Shown: positions 29,074-37,595, counted from the first letter of the stretch. The stretch: 64,000 nucleotides of DNA from Oscillospiraceae bacterium (GCA_017397565.1 JAFQIL010000027.1:3481-67480); one strand, 5' to 3'. Notes: generated from the sequence alone by a model not told the origin. Made by a program: numbers and translations.

Positions 29074-29626
29074 TGGGGAAAACTCCTCTCTTCAGGCAGT
29101 CCGCCAGGATTCTCAGCTTCGGCAGATATACCGTTTCAATCCACTTGCGGTCATACACCACCGGGATCTGCTGCAGTCGCCTGTGATCGATGTCCCGCAA
29201 GAAATTGTCGTAATCCGCTTCTTCTAACCCGTAAGCTACGATGTCTGCCTCATAGATCCCGGAAGCAAACATCTGTACCTGCACTTGGTTGATATATTTG
29301 GGTGGCGTTTTCTGCCACCCTTTTGCCCATTGGTAGGTCTTAACCTCTTTGATCCTGTACGGCGTGTTTCCGTCCAGATTAACCCGTAGCCGCAAGTCTT
29401 CCAGTAGGATCTGACGGTCTTTCTCTAGATCCGGAAGCCCAAGGCTGTCCAAAATGCGATGCTCCCAGTTAGTTCCGGCAAGGGTATATCGGTTGTCAAA
29501 GTGGTCTTGGTTAATGCCGATTTTCTGCAACCACCATTTCTCCCAGGTTTTCGTCTTCCAATTTCCGATTACCTTGTCGGTATCAGAGGCGCCGAAATAC
29601 CCAGATCTGTCGTGGTCCGCAATCAT
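29066..29626 (-). CDS. YqaJ/lambda-exonuclease-like protein
   Basis: RSGYFGASD, NLDG, EVKT and QVQVQM motifs. Confidence 0.75.
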   Translation of the reverse strand: MIADHDRSGYFGASDTDKVIGNWKTKTWEKWWLQKIGINQDHFDNRYTLAGTNWEHRILDSLGLPDLEKDRQILLEDLRLRVNLDGNTPYRIKEVKTYQWAKGWQKTPPKYINQVQVQMFASGIYEADIVAYGLEEADYDNFLRDIDHRRLQQIPVVYDRKWIETVYLPKLRILADCLKRGVFPNV

Positions 29627-30279
29627 AACGCCATCAACTTCCCTTCGAATCTGTGCAACTGATCAAAGTAGGTAAACACCACCCGAACCTCATCCTCGCT
29701 CATTTCCAGTTTGGCCGCGATCTCCTTTGTGGTCATACCCTTCTTGATTGCATTTGTGTATTCGATCTGCATTCGCTCTTTGATAGCAAACAGGCTGTGA
29801 CTGCTCAGATCCTCCGCGGGCGTATTGTCATCCGCCTCGTCTCCGCCGCTCACCCAAAGGCCAAATCCCAAACCGGTCCGCATCGCAACACCCTTAACAA
29901 ATGCTCTGGTCTGCGCATTCCACAGCCGCTGCTGCGTTAAGGAGTTATCTTTCACCGGATTGCTGCCATTCATCAGCGGATATTGCGCCTCGAATTCCAG
30001 GTCATCAATGACGATCTTTACCCTTACCTCATAGCATCTGTTCGTGTTCTCTTTGCTGTCTGTAAACACTTGGTCACACATGATTAGTGAGGACCCGTTT
30101 GCGTTCACACACGGCTCGAAGTAGACCACTTCCGCGCCATTCTCATGGAGCAGTTCTTTGCACTTTGCCCAGTTCAGATATGGAACCTCGATTTTGCGGC
30201 CCCTATCATCCTTTGCCTCGCGATATTCGCAATGCGGAAGCACATCCACCTTCCGCAGCTCTGCATAGCTCTTAAGCAT
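29623..30279 (-). CDS. Sak3/DUF1071-like single-strand annealing protein
   Basis: PYLNWA, PLMNG and RAFVKGVA..GLG motifs; paired with the exonuclease. Confidence 0.7.
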   Translation of the reverse strand: MLKSYAELRKVDVLPHCEYREAKDDRGRKIEVPYLNWAKCKELLHENGAEVVYFEPCVNANGSSLIMCDQVFTDSKENTNRCYEVRVKIVIDDLEFEAQYPLMNGSNPVKDNSLTQQRLWNAQTRAFVKGVAMRTGLGFGLWVSGGDEADDNTPAEDLSSHSLFAIKERMQIEYTNAIKKGMTTKEIAAKLEMSEDEVRVVFTYFDQLHRFEGKLMAL

Positions 30280-30529
30280 CCTTACTTTCCTCCTTCTCAT
30301 ATTTCAGGCGATAGATCGCCTCGACCTCATAGATCACTGTAATGGCGCTATACATTGCATACTCCGTCGCATCCACATCCACATACTGTTCCATCTGTGC
30401 GACCACCAGGTTGCCTCCATTGATGCTTACCAGATCTCCCTTGTAAACGTACTCGCTGGTGGGACATATCGCCAGCACCGGCGCACCGGTTTCGTTCTCT
30501 GCTAAAATAAGTCTCTTATAATTTGCCAT
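30272..30529 (-). CDS. Hypothetical phage protein
   Basis: 85-aa ORF with GGAGG RBS. Confidence 0.6.
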   Translation of the reverse strand: MANYKRLILAENETGAPVLAICPTSEYVYKGDLVSINGGNLVVAQMEQYVDVDATEYAMYSAITVIYEVEAIYRLKYEKEESKDA

Positions 30530-30682
30530 TTGACATCCTCCTAAAAATCTGTTATATTAGGAGTGTTGGGACACTCCAATGCCGCTTCCGGATCTTGCTC
30601 ATCCGGGGCGGTTTTTTCTTTTCTGCAATCGCAGATCTCGCAGGGGTCTAAATGCGCCCCACAGTACGGACATACTCTCATG

Positions 30683-30931
30683 TCAAAACTGTAGTGTCCG
30701 CCAAACCAGCCCAAGCTGGAACGCGCCGGTTGTCAGTGCAATCGCGCTGAGGATCACTGCGAAGATCACATGGATAAAACCAATCACCTGTAAACCAAGG
30801 ATCAGCAGCAGTGCCGCCAGTACCGGAGTCAGAACCTTGACCAGCGTCTTATAGGATGCTTTTTTGCGACTGTTGATCGCCTCCCGCCTCCGCTGCTCAA
30901 CCCTTTCGTTGAAATTTTCATAAGTTGGCAT
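30683..30931 (-). CDS. Small membrane protein
   Basis: 82 aa with two hydrophobic segments, directly after the RT gene. Confidence 0.6.
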   Translation of the reverse strand: MPTYENFNERVEQRRREAINSRKKASYKTLVKVLTPVLAALLLILGLQVIGFIHVIFAVILSAIALTTGAFQLGLVWRTLQF

Positions 30932-30934
30932 AAT

Positions 30935-31981
30935 TTATTCTCCTTCCGTTGTATTGCCCCGCAGGGCGTTTTCAATTGCAATATCCATTCCTAAAGACAG
31001 TTTGTAGCAATCCCCATGGGAGAGGTGGTTCTTCCAGGCACCGTAGGATGCTTGGAACTTCTCCATCGGCAGCTTTCCGGCTGCCACCAGTTTCGCCATC
31101 CGCAGAAACTTCCGCTGAGCATTGCGCTTATTCTGATTCTTCAGCCTGCGGATCGGCCTGCCTCCCGGCGTGATGTATGTATGGAAACCCAGGAAACTTA
31201 CCCCATTCTTAAACGGGAATATCTGCGTCTTGCCGTTCAGCTCCAGCTCCAGTGTCTCCAAATACGCGGTTATGACCTCCAGGCAATCCTGCAAGTACGC
31301 CTTGCTTGGATGGATCAAATAAAAATCATCCATATACCTGCCGTAGTATTCGATCCCCAGCTCATGCTTGATCAGCTTGTCCATGCCGTCCAAGTAAAGC
31401 AGCGCAAAGCCTTGGTTGATCTGATTGCCCAGCGGCAGTCCCTTCCCCTCGGTGCTGTCGATAAACAGCTCACAGAGCCAACAGATATCCGGGTCATCGC
31501 CAAAGTGGTACCTGACAATATCCTTCAGCTGCTCGTGGGCAATGTTGTAGAAAAACTTGGTGACATCACACTTGAGGATGTAGCCATCCATGCCATACCG
31601 GTCATAAAACTGCTGCATCTGCTCACCGAGCCGGTTAAGGCCGAACAATGTGCCTTTGCCCTTCTGCCCGGCACAGTTATCCCGGAGGAATACCCGCTGC
31701 AGCCTGGGCATGATCACGTTGTCGCACAGACAATGCTGTATGACCTTATCCTTAAAAGCCGTGGTTTGAATGATGCGCTCCTTCGGCTCGTACACCTTAA
31801 ACTCGGTGTATTCTGATACCGTATAGGTCTTATCCTTCAGCTGGGAAATGAGGGTGTGTACGCCATCCAGAGCGGCCACATTGAACCGCGCAGAACTCTT
31901 TTTGTACCCTTTCCCACATTTCGCCTTGCGGAATGCCTTATACATATTCTGAAAATTCGTTACTTTCTCAAACTCGGTCAT
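30935..31981 (-). CDS. DGR reverse transcriptase
   Basis: EPKERII, FKDKVIQH, GKGT, LKCDVTKFF, GLPLGNQINQ, RYMDDF and FLGF motifs; about 348 aa with no maturase or endonuclease domain; start MTEFEK at 31981. Confidence 0.95.
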   Translation of the reverse strand: MTEFEKVTNFQNMYKAFRKAKCGKGYKKSSARFNVAALDGVHTLISQLKDKTYTVSEYTEFKVYEPKERIIQTTAFKDKVIQHCLCDNVIMPRLQRVFLRDNCAGQKGKGTLFGLNRLGEQMQQFYDRYGMDGYILKCDVTKFFYNIAHEQLKDIVRYHFGDDPDICWLCELFIDSTEGKGLPLGNQINQGFALLYLDGMDKLIKHELGIEYYGRYMDDFYLIHPSKAYLQDCLEVITAYLETLELELNGKTQIFPFKNGVSFLGFHTYITPGGRPIRRLKNQNKRNAQRKFLRMAKLVAAGKLPMEKFQASYGAWKNHLSHGDCYKLSLGMDIAIENALRGNTTEGE

Positions 31982-32087
31982 ACAGCCTTGCCCTCTTCTG
32001 TTTATCCGCTTTGCGGAAAGGTCGTGCGTTCTTTTGATGTGGTGCATGGATTTCGGCTGCTGCCTACTCTGTCGAGCGCTCCACCAG

Positions 32088-32158
32088 AACGGGCGAACGC
32101 CGTTGTTGTCGTTGTTGTAGTTGTCATTGTTGATGTTGCCGGACGGCGAGACGCAAAG
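32088..32158 (-). repeat. DGR template repeat (TR)
   Basis: CTTTGCGTCTCGCCGTCCGGC-AAC ATC AAC AAT GAC AAC TAC AAC AAC GAC AAC AAC-GGCGTTCGCCCGTT between avd and RT. Confidence 0.95.
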
Positions 32159-32185
32159 AAAAATACAACGCACGGCCTGGGTATC

Positions 32186-32554
32186 TTATTGCCGTTCCTT
32201 CGTTCTCCATGCCAGAGACATATATTTCACATCCCGTACCATCTTGGACCAGTATTCTGCTGAACTGTCAGTCAGCAGCCCCAGTTCCATGGACAGTTCT
32301 ATGTAAAACAGCAGCTCGTCGCATAATGTGATCGCCCTGGTTATCGTTTCGCACCGCTCCTGCTTCCGGGTCATATTGTTTACCCGGTTCGCTTCGAACA
32401 GTGTGTCATATATATCCAGGCTCTTTATCTGCATGCGGTCTACGAGGGAATGGCGATACTTCTTTGGGTATCGGTTGCAGTTGGATGTAAGTTTGAAGGT
32501 GTGAACCGCCAGTTCCTTCGCCTTGACAATCACCTTCAAATCATTCTCAGCCAT
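32186..32554 (-). CDS. avd: DGR accessory variability determinant (Avd-like four-helix bundle)
   Basis: 122 aa with YPKKYRHSLVDRM motif, immediately upstream of TR and RT. Confidence 0.88.
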   Translation of the reverse strand: MAENDLKVIVKAKELAVHTFKLTSNCNRYPKKYRHSLVDRMQIKSLDIYDTLFEANRVNNMTRKQERCETITRAITLCDELLFYIELSMELGLLTDSSAEYWSKMVRDVKYMSLAWRTKERQ

Positions 32555-32557
32555 CGA

Positions 32558-33097
32558 TTACTCCTCGAAAGATTGAAAGATAGTAGATTTGAAGAATAAA
32601 AACGGGCGAACGCCGCCGTCGCCGCTGCCGCAGTGGTCATCGCGGATGCGGCCGGACGGCGAGACGCAAAGGGTCCAGTACGGATCATCGTGGGGCTTCG
32701 CAGAATCCGGGGTAGCAAGCCACCACCAACCGCTGGCAGGGTACTGATCGAAGATCTCCACATTGGCGCGGTAGAACTCCAAGGTAGGCAGGCTGATAAG
32801 GGATTCCATTACGCCGTAGGTTTTGAGACCGCACAGAGTAGTAAGATCTGTCTGCACAGTGCAAAGATTCTCTTCTCCCACCGCCTCGATGATTTTGGGA
32901 AGGATCTCTTTTTCCATCCGCTTCAGTACATCACTGGTACGCAGATCGTTGTTGTCACCAAACCGGGAGTGGAAAGCGATGTCCTTCATCACCACAGGGG
33001 TCTTACCATCCACCTCGGGAAACTTGATGAATTCCATACCCGCTACCTGGAAGGTAGCGCCATCCTTTACGCCGGAAAAGTTGATAGTCTTATCCAT
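32558..33097 (-). CDS. DGR target protein 1 (CLec-fold / DUF6273-like)
   Basis: WWWLATP...CVSPSG[VR]GVRPF C-terminus containing VR1. Confidence 0.88.
   Translation of the reverse strand: MDKTINFSGVKDGATFQVAGMEFIKFPEVDGKTPVVMKDIAFHSRFGDNNDLRTSDVLKRMEKEILPKIIEAVGEENLCTVQTDLTTLCGLKTYGVMESLISLPTLEFYRANVEIFDQYPASGWWWLATPDSAKPHDDPYWTLCVSPSGRIRDDHCGSGDGGVRPFLFFKSTIFQSFEE
32601..32671 (-). repeat. DGR variable region VR1
   Basis: 71-bp match to TR with 14 mismatches, all at TR adenines. Confidence 0.95.
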
Positions 33098-33111
33098 GAT
33101 TATTTCTCCTC

Positions 33112-33723
33112 TCATTTCGATACAAAGATATTAGATTTTAAGATGCAAAACGGGCGAACGCCGAGGAAGTCGCCGAAGTAGCCGACACCGCTGATGCGGC
33201 CGGACGGCGAGACGCATTTTACCCAGTTGGCATTTTCGTGAGCAGGTGTGCTGTAGGGCGTTGCCAGCCACCACCATGCATCCAGCTTGTGCTTATCCAG
33301 GATCTGCACGAATTTCCGGTACATATCCGCTGTCAGCAAGGACGCCTTGCGCTGTACCGTGCCGTAGTCCTTTAATCCATCGTCAGATGTGAGATCTACC
33401 GTGTGCAGGATAAGATTTTCTTCACCAACAAGTTCTGCCAATTCTTCGGCAAACTCATTGCAGATCTCATCCACATTGGATTCGTCATAATTGTTGTTTC
33501 CGCCGAATTCCTCTCCGGTTTTCAGCAAGTCCTTCCGGATCAGCGCTGTACCCTCTTCCCGGTGCTCCAGCACGATGAATTCATGCTTGCCCACCTTTAC
33601 GATGTCCCCGGGAGCCGTGTCCGCCAGCTTCACCGCCGGCAGCTGAAAGCTGTCTTTGATGCTCTCGACCTGCTCATCAGTCAAGCCGATCTTCTGCCCA
33701 TTGATGGAAATGTAATTTTTCAT
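33112..33723 (-). CDS. DGR target protein 2 (paralogue of target 1)
   Basis: WWWLATP...CVSPSG[VR]GVRPF C-terminus containing VR2. Confidence 0.88.
   Translation of the reverse strand: MKNYISINGQKIGLTDEQVESIKDSFQLPAVKLADTAPGDIVKVGKHEFIVLEHREEGTALIRKDLLKTGEEFGGNNNYDESNVDEICNEFAEELAELVGEENLILHTVDLTSDDGLKDYGTVQRKASLLTADMYRKFVQILDKHKLDAWWWLATPYSTPAHENANWVKCVSPSGRISGVGYFGDFLGVRPFCILKSNIFVSK
33149..33216 (-). repeat. DGR variable region VR2
   Basis: 68-bp match to TR with 16 mismatches, all at TR adenines. Confidence 0.95.
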
Positions 33724-33749
33724 GTTTACCTCCTAAGAAAGTTATTTTT

Positions 33750-33956
33750 TCAATTCAGCTGCCAGCCAATTGCCGCCCGTTCTTCTGTCCACCGCTTAAA
33801 GCTTTCAATAGGGATCAACCGTTTGTTGCCCAGGCAGATCACCGGAAAACCTTCTGTCCGGATCAGCTGATACATAACCGTTTTACTGACCCCCAGAGCC
33901 GCAGCGGCCTCAGCCACTGTATATGTCAGCTTCTGAGGAACGATAGGGATTTCCAT
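33750..33956 (-). CDS. xis: Excisionase-like HTH protein
   Basis: TYTVAEAAAALGVSKT.MYQLI...FP...G.K.LIP signature. Confidence 0.85.
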   Translation of the reverse strand: MEIPIVPQKLTYTVAEAAAALGVSKTVMYQLIRTEGFPVICLGNKRLIPIESFKRWTEERAAIGWQLN

Positions 33957-34000
33957 GCCTTTCGCCTCCTTTCCGTCCGCAATAACGGACTGTATTCGTG

Positions 34001-34198
34001 TTACTCTGTGGGTGTAGCAGAAACGATCCTGCTCAGTGCAGAGCGAATCTTAACCTCAGCACCTGCGGGTGTCTTCTTCCCGTTTAAAACAGCGCTCAAA
34101 TATTTTGGGTGCCAACCAACAGATTCCGCAAGCCTCTTATGGGTTACGCCCCTGAGGTGCATTTCACCAATAATCTCTGCTGTCCATTGTGCAGGCAT
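34001..34198 (-). CDS. Cro-like HTH regulator
   Basis: MPAQWTAEIIGEMH..., HTH, divergent from the repressor, AAAGGAGG RBS. Confidence 0.75.
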   Translation of the reverse strand: MPAQWTAEIIGEMHLRGVTHKRLAESVGWHPKYLSAVLNGKKTPAGAEVKIRSALSRIVSATPTE

Positions 34199-34227
34199 AC
34201 AAAAGTAACCTCCTTTGCAAAAAGTAG

Positions 34228-34256
34228 TTGACCTTGGTAATCTTTTGTGATATGAT
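34228..34256 (+). promoter_or_regulatory. Rightward (lysogenic) sigma-A promoter
   Basis: TTGACC-17-TATGAT with TG extension. Confidence 0.7.
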
Positions 34257-34315
34257 TGTTTTGCCACAAACAAATATTATCAAGCAGTAGATTACTTTGG
34301 TCGCCTCATGTCTGT

Positions 34316-34344
34316 ATTATACGGCTACTTTGGTAATCTGTCAA
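34316..34344 (-). promoter_or_regulatory. Leftward (early lytic) sigma-A promoter
   Basis: Perfect TTGACA-17-TATAAT. Confidence 0.8.
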
Positions 34345-34405
34345 CGATCAAAAAGCTACTTTAGTAATCTTCTGCGAATTGCACAAATTTCAGGGGGGTA
34401 GTTTT

Positions 34406-34756
34406 GTGTTTTTTGACAGGTTGAAGAAACTGTGCGACGAAAAAGGTATCAGTACCTATAAGGCGTGTACGGATATAGGGCTAAACCGCGCCGCTGTAGC
34501 CAAATGGAAAAATGGAAGCATTCCCAGCGGCAGCACTGCCGCAAAACTAGCTGATTATTTTGGTGTGACCACAGACTATCTGCTTGGCAAAGAGAAAAAA
34601 GAAACGCCCCTCATCAATGGAGATGAGGAGCTGACGGAGTATGTAGAAATGTTAAAAACCAGGCCGGAGTGCCGGATGCTGTTCCAGCTATCCAAGAACG
34701 CCACCAAGGAGGATGTTGAGGCCGCTGTGCGGATCATCGAGGCACTTCGGAAATAA
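34406..34756 (+). CDS. CI-like XRE repressor
   Basis: HTH motif ..KLADYFGVTTDYLLG. Confidence 0.88.
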   Translation: MFFDRLKKLCDEKGISTYKACTDIGLNRAAVAKWKNGSIPSGSTAAKLADYFGVTTDYLLGKEKKETPLINGDEELTEYVEMLKTRPECRMLFQLSKNATKEDVEAAVRIIEALRK

Positions 34757-34764
34757 TTGACGAA

Positions 34765-34995
34765 GTGAGGCGATATCTTGTGGGTAACAATATCTTTGTG
34801 CGCAGCATTCCCTTGCCGGAAGCAGTCAAGGCTGTTGTGCTGCCGAATGACGACGGCACTTTCGATATTTATATCAATTCAAATCTGCCGGAAGAAGTTC
34901 AGCAGAAGGCGTTGGTCCATGAGTTGGAGCATATTCGCAGAAATCATTTTTATAACGACGACCCCGTCTGGCTCAATGAGCAGGAAGCCGGGTAG
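34765..34995 (+). CDS. ImmA/IrrE-like metallopeptidase (anti-repressor)
   Basis: IYINSNL...HELEH, directly after the repressor. Confidence 0.75.
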   Translation: MRRYLVGNNIFVRSIPLPEAVKAVVLPNDDGTFDIYINSNLPEEVQQKALVHELEHIRRNHFYNDDPVWLNEQEAG

Positions 34996-35013
34996 AGGTG
35001 TAGGAGCATTTTT

Positions 35014-36018
35014 ATGGATACACAATATCAATGCCGCCCTAATGAATCAAACTCAAGTCGCTATATATTGGAAAACACCGAACTTGATAGTATTACCGAC
35101 AAAGAGGTTATTTCTTTACTTATTGAGTACAAAACCCTTTTAAGCAAGTACGACCAACTTGACGCCGAGTTATCCAATTACAACAAAATATTATTTTATC
35201 AACCAGACTTTGCTAAAGAAAATAGATTTTCGCAAAAAGCCAATGCTATTGTATCTAAAATGGATAAACTTGATGACCAAATACTAGATTTAGAAACAAG
35301 GCCGCAGCTTTTAGAAATTGTCGAAAAACATAGAGCAGAAAAAACAAGGCAACGAGCAAAAGAAGAGCGTGATAATCGCCTACATCGATTCCGCACAGAT
35401 CCAAGTTTTGATCCAGACAAATTAACAAGCACAGATATCGCTTGGGTTGCAGCGCAAAAAGACCTAGATGCCGATACCGTAAAGAAGATATTATATCTTG
35501 AGCGCCAGGAAATGTTGCAAAAAGTAGCCCCCGCTCCACAAAGCAATACGAATCGTGCTAATCGACGGGAACATGTGGAAACCGAAAAGAACGAAAGAAA
35601 CACGGGAAAAGCCTGGTTAATTGTTCTCCTAATTTATGCTGTTCTGTTTATAGTCCCTCTGATCCCAAACGGAGGTAAGACTGTATATGTTACAAAAACA
35701 GGAGAATGTTACCACACTTCGTCATGCGAATCTTTAAGTCACAGCAAAATCAAAACAACAATCGAAGAAGCTATCAGCAAAGGTTTTCGGCGGTGTAATA
35801 ATTGTGACCCGCCGGTGTTTCGAGCAAATGATGTCGCGCCGGTTTCGCTAAGTGCTGTTTCTGATATTTTGCTTATTGCAGTCCCTGTCTCTATTTTCAC
35901 TTGGTGTGCCACTGTTTTTATTTTTCCGTTTTTTAATATAGACCGGGAAGACTTCAAGTTTCGATGGCTATATTTACTTTCTGTTTTCATTCTCGCTCTA
36001 CATAAGTTTGTGATATGA
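35014..36018 (+). CDS. AT-rich membrane protein with a His/Cys metal-binding domain
   Basis: Three hydrophobic segments; VYVTKTGECYH..C...C..C motif. Confidence 0.7.
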   Translation: MDTQYQCRPNESNSSRYILENTELDSITDKEVISLLIEYKTLLSKYDQLDAELSNYNKILFYQPDFAKENRFSQKANAIVSKMDKLDDQILDLETRPQLLEIVEKHRAEKTRQRAKEERDNRLHRFRTDPSFDPDKLTSTDIAWVAAQKDLDADTVKKILYLERQEMLQKVAPAPQSNTNRANRREHVETEKNERNTGKAWLIVLLIYAVLFIVPLIPNGGKTVYVTKTGECYHTSSCESLSHSKIKTTIEEAISKGFRRCNNCDPPVFRANDVAPVSLSAVSDILLIAVPVSIFTWCATVFIFPFFNIDREDFKFRWLYLLSVFILALHKFVI

Positions 36019-36147
36019 TTCTTAAAAGCAAAAATGCCCTCCCGGAGTTGCAGCTCCGAGAGGGCAAGATAGAACACCCATTATGTCGCAATAGGGGAAT
36101 TCTACTATTATGGTAGCATAACCCCTGCTAAAATGCAAGGAGGAAAT

Positions 36148-37305
36148 ATGGCAAGAAAAGCCGCAGCCGGCACCGGAACGATCCGAAAGAAGACACAGAT
36201 CAAACACGGAAAAGAATATACCTGGTGGGAGGCCCGTTATACCACAGGCTACGATCCTGGCACCGGAAAGCAGATCCAGAAGACGATCACCGGGAAAACC
36301 CAAAAGGAAGTCTCTCAAAAGCTGAAAGCCGCCACCGCCGCCATCGACGAGGGTACCTATGTGGCTCCCTGCAAAATGACCGTTGGTCAGTGGATGGACA
36401 CCTGGCGGGAAGAATATCTGGGCAGTGTCAAACCCTTGACTCTACAAACATACTCTCTGCAAATTGACAAGCATATCAAACCCGGACTTGGTGCCACCAA
36501 ACTGGACACATTGACACCACACCTGGTCCAAAAATTCTATAATTCCCTGCAGATGTCTCCGAAGTCTGTCAAAAATGTCCACGGTGTTCTCCACAGTGCC
36601 CTGCAGCAAGCCGTACTGAACGGTCTGATCTCCGTAAATCCCACTAACGCCTGCAAGCTCCCCAAGGTGGAGAAGTACGAGATCCAGCCGCTGGAGCCGC
36701 ATCAGGTTGCTGCGCTGCTGCAGGAGGCCCGTAAGGACAGTTATGCCAACCTGTTCACTGTTGCCGTCTTCACCGGCATGCGGCAGGGAGAGCTTTTAGG
36801 CCTGTCCTGGGACAATGTGAATTTTGAAACCGGCATTATTACCGTCAAGCAGCAGCTGCAATGTAAAGACGGAAACTATTTTCTGCAAACCCCAAAAAAC
36901 GGCAAGGGCCGCACCATTCTGCCGGCGCAGGTTGTCATGGACACCCTTAAGGCCGAACAAGCGAAGCAGCAGAAGGCGCAGGAATCTTCCATGGGTGCAT
37001 GGAGCAATCCGCACAATTTTGTATTTACGGACGCACTGGGTAAGCATTTGGTGCGACGCACAGTGGTTAAACATTTTAAGGCAATCACAGAACGGGCAGG
37101 GATCACAGCCCGTTTTCACGATCTTCGCCACAGCTTTGCCGTCAATTCTCTCATGATTGGAGATGATGTCAAGACGGTACAAGCTAACCTTGGCCATGCT
37201 ACAGCAGCATTTACATTGGATGTGTACGGGCATATCACACAGAAAATGCAAGAGGACAGTGCCAACCGAATGCAGCAGTTCTTCGAGTCCGTAAGGGTAC
37301 AATAA
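36148..37305 (+). CDS. int: Tyrosine integrase
   Basis: TGMRQGE (R), FHDLRH (HxxR), LGHA and VYGH catalytic residues. Confidence 0.95.
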   Translation: MARKAAAGTGTIRKKTQIKHGKEYTWWEARYTTGYDPGTGKQIQKTITGKTQKEVSQKLKAATAAIDEGTYVAPCKMTVGQWMDTWREEYLGSVKPLTLQTYSLQIDKHIKPGLGATKLDTLTPHLVQKFYNSLQMSPKSVKNVHGVLHSALQQAVLNGLISVNPTNACKLPKVEKYEIQPLEPHQVAALLQEARKDSYANLFTVAVFTGMRQGELLGLSWDNVNFETGIITVKQQLQCKDGNYFLQTPKNGKGRTILPAQVVMDTLKAEQAKQQKAQESSMGAWSNPHNFVFTDALGKHLVRRTVVKHFKAITERAGITARFHDLRHSFAVNSLMIGDDVKTVQANLGHATAAFTLDVYGHITQKMQEDSANRMQQFFESVRVQ

Positions 37306-37373
37306 AGGGTACGGCGATTTCATGTTTTATAATTTAGAACATTAATTATCCTAAAATAGATCTAAATAGCAAC

Positions 37374-37412
37374 AAAAACCCACCGACAGCAAACTTTTGT
37401 CGGTGGGTTTTT

Positions 37413-37413
<1 letters not shown>
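37374..37413. terminator. Bidirectional intrinsic terminator between int and tRNA-Trp
   Basis: AAAAACCCACCGACA...TGTCGGTGGGTTTTT inverted repeat. Confidence 0.8.
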
Positions 37414-37488
<75 letters not shown>

Positions 37489-37518
37489 ATATATGAAAGG
37501 CTTTCGCCTGATTTTTTG

Positions 37519-37595
37519 TGGTGGGCCTTCAGGGATTCGAACCCGGGACGATCCGGTTATGAGCCGGAGGCTCTAACCAACTGAGCTAAAGGCCC
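37519..37595 (-). tRNA. tRNA with CAT anticodon, probably Ile2
   Basis: 77-nt cloverleaf GGGCCTTTAGCTCAGTTGGTTAGAGC...CTCATAA...GGCCCACCA; body resembles Firmicutes tRNA-Ile2. Confidence 0.9.

Larger units (their letters stand above)
34227..34370. promoter_or_regulatory. Four candidate repressor operators
   Basis: Related 17-mers near GCTACTTTGGTAATCT at 34227, 34290, 34323 and 34354. Confidence 0.65.
1..37412. mobile_element. Prophage (temperate, podovirus-like morphogenesis genes); right end abuts tRNA-Trp, left end outside the window
   Basis: Contiguous integrase, repressor, excisionase, replication, terminase, portal and capsid genes; the integrase ends about 110 bp from the tRNA-Trp 3' end; host housekeeping genes start beyond the tRNAs. 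Confidence 0.95.

Noticed and set aside
30935-31981. RT as group II intron, retron or Abi RT
   Set aside because: No maturase or endonuclease domain; avd, TR and adenine-specific VRs identify a DGR.
32101-32137. (GTT)n microsatellite
   Set aside because: It is the AAC-rich core of the DGR template repeat.
31982-32173. 412-aa RT call that includes the TR in frame
   Set aside because: TR normally acts as RNA, and ATG 31981 has a purine-rich RBS and a typical RT start. The open frame is probably incidental because AAC-rich TRs lack stops.
37519-37595. tRNA-Met assignment
   Set aside because: Anticodon is CAT, but the body resembles tRNA-Ile2 and lacks the initiator's unpaired first position; left as probable Ile2.
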